This document shows positions 60,188 through 64,000 of a stretch of DNA of 64,000 nt, piece after piece. The DNA is from Minisyncoccota bacterium (GTDB lineage Bacteria; Patescibacteriota; Minisyncoccia; Phycocordibacterales; UBA9973), in the NCBI GenBank assembly GCA_041675085.1, contig JBAYUN010000002.1, forward strand, positions 15,967-79,966. Reading direction: 5' to 3'. The translations under genes were made by a program, and so were the position numbers. The number at the start of each line of letters is the position of its first letter. The first letter of the stretch is position 1. The notes below the pieces were generated by a model. That model was not told the DNA's origin and did no database searches. It worked only from the letters and a program-made list of their open reading frames with translations.

Positions 60188-60227
60188 AATACATATTATC
60201 ACACTTTAAAATAAAAGTCAAGTATTT

Positions 60228-61709
60228 TTATTCAGAAAACCTACTAAAGAATTTCGAGATACTTTCACCAAAAATAAGCCTTATAAAATATAGGTAAATT
60301 AGGATTGTGAGAATCAGAGGAAAATTTTGAATATTAAAAGAAGCAAAAGGAAACAAAGCAAATAGCTTGATAATATATAGCTCGTAATGAAGTAAATAAT
60401 AAGCCACATAACCAAAAGGTAAAGCCAATACAGGCAAGATAAAGCTCAAAAACCCGGTCAAAAACCCAAATAGCATAGTAATAGGTATCAAAGGCAAGAC
60501 TAGGATATTCGTAGGTAGAGCCACGATTGAAAGATTACCCATCTTATACAAAATAAAAGGTAAAACAAATAAATACGCAGCCGTCGTCACAGTCACAATA
60601 TCTCGCAATCCAAAACGCTCGGTGACCCAAGTGAAATATTTCTCTATTCTCGGCGTAAAGAATATCACTGCCACAGTTGCAATAAAAGACAACTGAAAAG
60701 AAACATCAAAATAAAGTACATAAGGATTAAGCAGTATCATAAATACTCCAGCCAAGATAAGTCCCCGCAAGACATCATAATTCCTCCCTGTCGCCCGAGC
60801 AATGAGGACCAAGATAGCCATGATCCCTGCCCGAATAGAAGTCGAAGCTCCGCCAGTCATGAGCACAAAAAGTATGATAGATATTATTCCTCCGTAGATA
60901 GCTAAAGTCTGAGGCAAGAAATACAAAACTTTCATGAACCATTCGGCGATGATAGTAACGTTGTAGCCCGAGAGAGCTACGATATGAATAGTTCCAGTCT
61001 TAATAAAATCCTCTCTCAGGGAATCTGGAAAACTCGACCTCTCCCCTAGTATTAGTCCGTTCATCAAAGTCGACTCAAAGGGTGGAATATTTAAATTAAT
61101 TTTCTCCACAAAAGAATTCTTAATTTTAAATAAAAAACTTTTTAAGGAGTTCGCATTATCTTCTGAGATTCTTGTCACAGAAGCGTCTTTAACTAAATAC
61201 AAAATACCGTCTTTTTTCAGGTAATTAATATAATCAAATTCTTTACCATTATCTGTAATAAAATTCTCAGGCTTTTCAAGCTTGCCTCTAAACCAAACTT
61301 CGTCTCCGTACTTAAAATCCTGACCCAAATCTGTAGAAACTAAAACTTTAGTCTCTTCTTCTTGCTCTACTACTTTTACGACAAGCCTTAGTCCCGCTTC
61401 ACGCTCTTCTATATCGTCTATGATTATACCCTGCAAAGATACAGCACTCTCGACTTGTCGTTCCAAGAATACAGGCACGGGTTTATCATTAAAATAATTA
61501 AAGTAAAATATTCCAAAGCTTAAGAATAAAATAAAAAATGAGGCAATCATGCCCCATTTGTTACGACTCACAATATAGAAAAATATAACAGATACGATAG
61601 AAAGAAAAGCTACTAGTAGATTCCAATAAAAATCTATAGACAAGCTAGAACCTAAAAAGACTCCGAATATAAAACCAAAACTTATAGAATAAAATATTCT
61701 ATCTTGCAT
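60228..61709 (-). CDS. comEC: ComEC competence channel (OB plus Competence domains)
   Basis: FDYINYL, GLILGE, GTIHIVALSGYN, SIRAGIMA, DVSFQLSF. Confidence 0.93.
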   Translation of the reverse strand: MQDRIFYSISFGFIFGVFLGSSLSIDFYWNLLVAFLSIVSVIFFYIVSRNKWGMIASFFILFLSFGIFYFNYFNDKPVPVFLERQVESAVSLQGIIIDDIEEREAGLRLVVKVVEQEEETKVLVSTDLGQDFKYGDEVWFRGKLEKPENFITDNGKEFDYINYLKKDGILYLVKDASVTRISEDNANSLKSFLFKIKNSFVEKINLNIPPFESTLMNGLILGERSSFPDSLREDFIKTGTIHIVALSGYNVTIIAEWFMKVLYFLPQTLAIYGGIISIILFVLMTGGASTSIRAGIMAILVLIARATGRNYDVLRGLILAGVFMILLNPYVLYFDVSFQLSFIATVAVIFFTPRIEKYFTWVTERFGLRDIVTVTTAAYLFVLPFILYKMGNLSIVALPTNILVLPLIPITMLFGFLTGFLSFILPVLALPFGYVAYYLLHYELYIIKLFALFPFASFNIQNFPLILTILIYLYFIRLIFGESISKFFSRFSE

Positions 61710-61715
61710 AATTGT

Positions 61716-62198
61716 TTAAATATCTTTTTTTAATTCGATTTTTATTTTATCTGCAAAACTCGTCGCTATCTCGTCCACCCTATCATTTTCTTTATGACCA
61801 CTATGCCCTGCTACATAATGCCAGACTGGTTTGAAATGTTGATTCAATTCATGAAGCTCCATCCATAGCTCTCGATTTAAAACAGGCTTTTTATTTGCAG
61901 TCTTCCAACCATTTTTAACCCAATTTAAAATCCAAGAATTCACTCCATTAATCACATATTTAGAATCTGAATGAATCTTTATCTCACCTGTGATATTATT
62001 TTCTTTCAAAAATTTTAAAGCATGTATAGGAGCCGAGAGTTCCATTTGATTATTTGTACCTTGATCTCCTCCGTATCCTCCAAGCTCTTTAACGCGAAAC
62101 GTAGAATTTGTATCATGAATCGTAATCATAGCTCCAAAGCCCGAAGGCCCTGGATTCCCTCTCGCCGCGCCGTCTGTATAAATTGTAATTTTTTGCAT
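61716..62198 (-). CDS. rnhA: Ribonuclease HI
   Basis: YTDGAARGNPGPSG, TNNQMEL, SDSKYV, WVKNGW, GHSGHKENDRVD. Confidence 0.96.
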   Translation of the reverse strand: MQKITIYTDGAARGNPGPSGFGAMITIHDTNSTFRVKELGGYGGDQGTNNQMELSAPIHALKFLKENNITGEIKIHSDSKYVINGVNSWILNWVKNGWKTANKKPVLNRELWMELHELNQHFKPVWHYVAGHSGHKENDRVDEIATSFADKIKIELKKDI

Positions 62199-62233
62199 AG
62201 ATGTATTATAGCAAAATTTTAAATATAAAATAA

Positions 62234-62269
62234 AAAACTTTAGACTTAACTTAAAAGTCTAAAGTTTTT
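62234..62269. terminator. Intrinsic terminator
   Basis: AAAAACTTTAGACTT...AAGTCTAAAGTTTTT. Confidence 0.65.
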
Positions 62270-62292
62270 GCAAAATATAATAATTTTAATTA

Positions 62293-62619
62293 TTACCCTA
62301 TTTCAAATGTATTTTTGTTGATATTACCAATAAATTTATATGCTGGTAATTCATAAGTTTTTCTAATTACTGGTATAGTATTCTTTTTATTAATAAAATT
62401 AATTTGCTTACAAAGATTACGGAGTCTCTCAGATTTAATCAAATCTCCTTCAACCAAAAGACATCCTGCATGGTAAACATCATCAGTTTCGATGTCTGTA
62501 AATATACTTAGATTGCATAAATCTAATGATTTATCTGAATTTAAAATCTCAGATAAATACGCATTACAACTACTATCCATAAATATTATTTTAAATAAAA
62601 AACAAAAATTCAAACTCAT
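62293..62619 (-). CDS. Hypothetical protein (start may be 62580)
   Basis: ORF between recJ and a terminator; no recognised motif. Confidence 0.5.
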   Translation of the reverse strand: MSLNFCFLFKIIFMDSSCNAYLSEILNSDKSLDLCNLSIFTDIETDDVYHAGCLLVEGDLIKSERLRNLCKQINFINKKNTIPVIRKTYELPAYKFIGNINKNTFEIG

Positions 62620-62632
62620 CTTAGCATAACTA

Positions 62633-64000
62633 TTAATAAATATCTACTATTCTTAATCGCAGTTCAGGTCTTCCACGGAAACGGGACAGATCAAAGGTGG
62701 CTGTTAGATTTACAGATAAACCTTCTTCTATCTTTGTATTAAAAGAGTCTACGGTAGAGAAGAAAGATATCGCTACTATTCCCTTTTTAGTACTATCTGA
62801 GAATGTTATCTCTAAATGCTCGCCTGAATTATTCTTGCCGAATTTTTTAATTTTATCTATTTTGACCGATTCGAAAAGAAAAACAGGTTTTGGATTAGCT
62901 AGCCCAAAAGGTTCCATGCGTTCTAAGTCATTGTTGTTTTTAATATTCACGTCCGAGAAACGTAATTTTAAATCATAAGTAGCTTCTACGATATCTCTTT
63001 CTTTTTGGACTTCTTTAAAAGATATAGATAAAGCTTCTTCTAAGAAATGCACTTTGCCATGATGCACAGCGAAACCTCCCGCGAGCTCATGACCGCCAAA
63101 TTCCACAAAGTATTCTTTTGCATGAGTCATCAACTCTACAACAGATACCGATCCCGGAGAACGACAAGAGCCTTTGATGACGTCATTCTCGTCTTTGCCC
63201 CAAACAAAAACAGGTTTGTCATATTCATCCATTATCTTACCCGCTACGATACCCAGCACTCCAACTCGCCAACTCGGACTACCCATAACGATAACAGGAA
63301 AATCTTTCAACTCTTCCCTTTTATCAAAATGAGCCTTCACTTCTTTCATGATATGGAGAACTATACTTTTTCTTTCATCATTGATACTAGATAGATGCTT
63401 GGCCAAGACTCCTCCTTCTGTCACATCATTAGTAGCCAACAGCTCAAAAGCCCGCATTGGACTATCCATACGTGAAGCGGCGTTGATACGAGGAGTTATC
63501 ATAAAGGTGACGTCGTCCGTTGCGAGATATGACTGATTTATTTTCATGAGACTCAATAATTTCTGCAATCCAGGTCTAGGACTTTTACGCAATACTTTCA
63601 TACCATAATACGCTATCGCTCTATTCTCACCGAGTAACGGGACCATATCCGAGAGAGTCGCAAGTCCAGCCATATCAAGTAGCCATTTCTCCCAACCAGC
63701 ACTCACGCTGAATTCTTCTCCGTACTTTTTTAAAAATCCACAAACGAGTTTAAAGACTACACCCGACCCACAAAGCATCTTCTCGGGATAGTCGTCTACC
63801 TTGGGATTAAGTATCGCATAGGCGTCCGGCAAGAGTGCATGAGGTATGTGATGATCAGTGATAATAACAGCAATACCATAAGAATTCGCCAAGGCGACTT
63901 CTTCAACAGCGGTAATACCGAGATCGATAGTAATTAAAAGATCAACGCCACCCTCTTTAAAACTCTCTACAGCTTCGATATTTAATCCGTATCCTTCACT
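62633..64000 (-). CDS. recJ: Single-stranded DNA exonuclease RecJ, 3' part (5' end beyond window)
   Basis: ITDHH, LATLSDMVPL, PRINAASRM, KGSCRS, FGGHELAGG, EPFGLANP. Confidence 0.95.
   Translation of the reverse strand, partial: SEGYGLNIEAVESFKEGGVDLLITIDLGITAVEEVALANSYGIAVIITDHHIPHALLPDAYAILNPKVDDYPEKMLCGSGVVFKLVCGFLKKYGEEFSVSAGWEKWLLDMAGLATLSDMVPLLGENRAIAYYGMKVLRKSPRPGLQKLLSLMKINQSYLATDDVTFMITPRINAASRMDSPMRAFELLATNDVTEGGVLAKHLSSINDERKSIVLHIMKEVKAHFDKREELKDFPVIVMGSPSWRVGVLGIVAGKIMDEYDKPVFVWGKDENDVIKGSCRSPGSVSVVELMTHAKEYFVEFGGHELAGGFAVHHGKVHFLEEALSISFKEVQKERDIVEATYDLKLRFSDVNIKNNNDLERMEPFGLANPKPVFLFESVKIDKIKKFGKNNSGEHLEITFSDSTKKGIVAISFFSTVDSFNTKIEEGLSVNLTATFDLSRFRGRPELRLRIVDIY

Noticed and set aside
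60016-60297. 93-aa plus-strand ORF
   Set aside because: Non-ATG start, overlaps the comEC 3' end, and promoter/terminator signals point to the minus strand

Overview
AT-rich window of a reduced-genome bacterium. ORFs read through in the standard code. Gene content points to Patescibacteria/CPR (Parcubacteria-like); this taxonomy is an inference. Most genes lie on the minus strand: gyrB (5' part), pheST, trhO, a UvrD/PD-(D/E)xK helicase-nuclease, a TruB-like synthase, ligA, a type IV pilus cluster without a secretin, metG, glyQS, recO, ileS, argS, dut, tmk, glyA, split comEC, rnhA and recJ. comF, malic enzyme, an ECF sigma/kinase/receiver set, recG and SOD are on the plus strand. There are three tRNA-Ser genes and a T-box. 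Main leads: (1) palindromic DNA elements inserted in frame inside essential genes (pheT, ligA, ileS, argS and possibly truB, trhO); the pheT and ligA copies share a 28/30-identical core but have unrelated self-complementary arms; (2) two candidate mobilising nucleases, a RAYT-like HUH enzyme and a DUF559 nuclease, each bracketed by its own palindromes; (3) a tRNA-Ser with an ACT anticodon divergent from tRNA-Ser(GCT); (4) four TGTAAT-N16-CG(T/G)C promoters around an ECF sigma with no adjacent anti-sigma; (5) an IleRS with a GIHH motif, an inserted histidine-phosphatase domain and a short-stem-I T-box; (6) two promoter/terminator-bounded structured intergenic regions that may be ncRNAs. All calls were made by eye; no database searches or folding programs were run.
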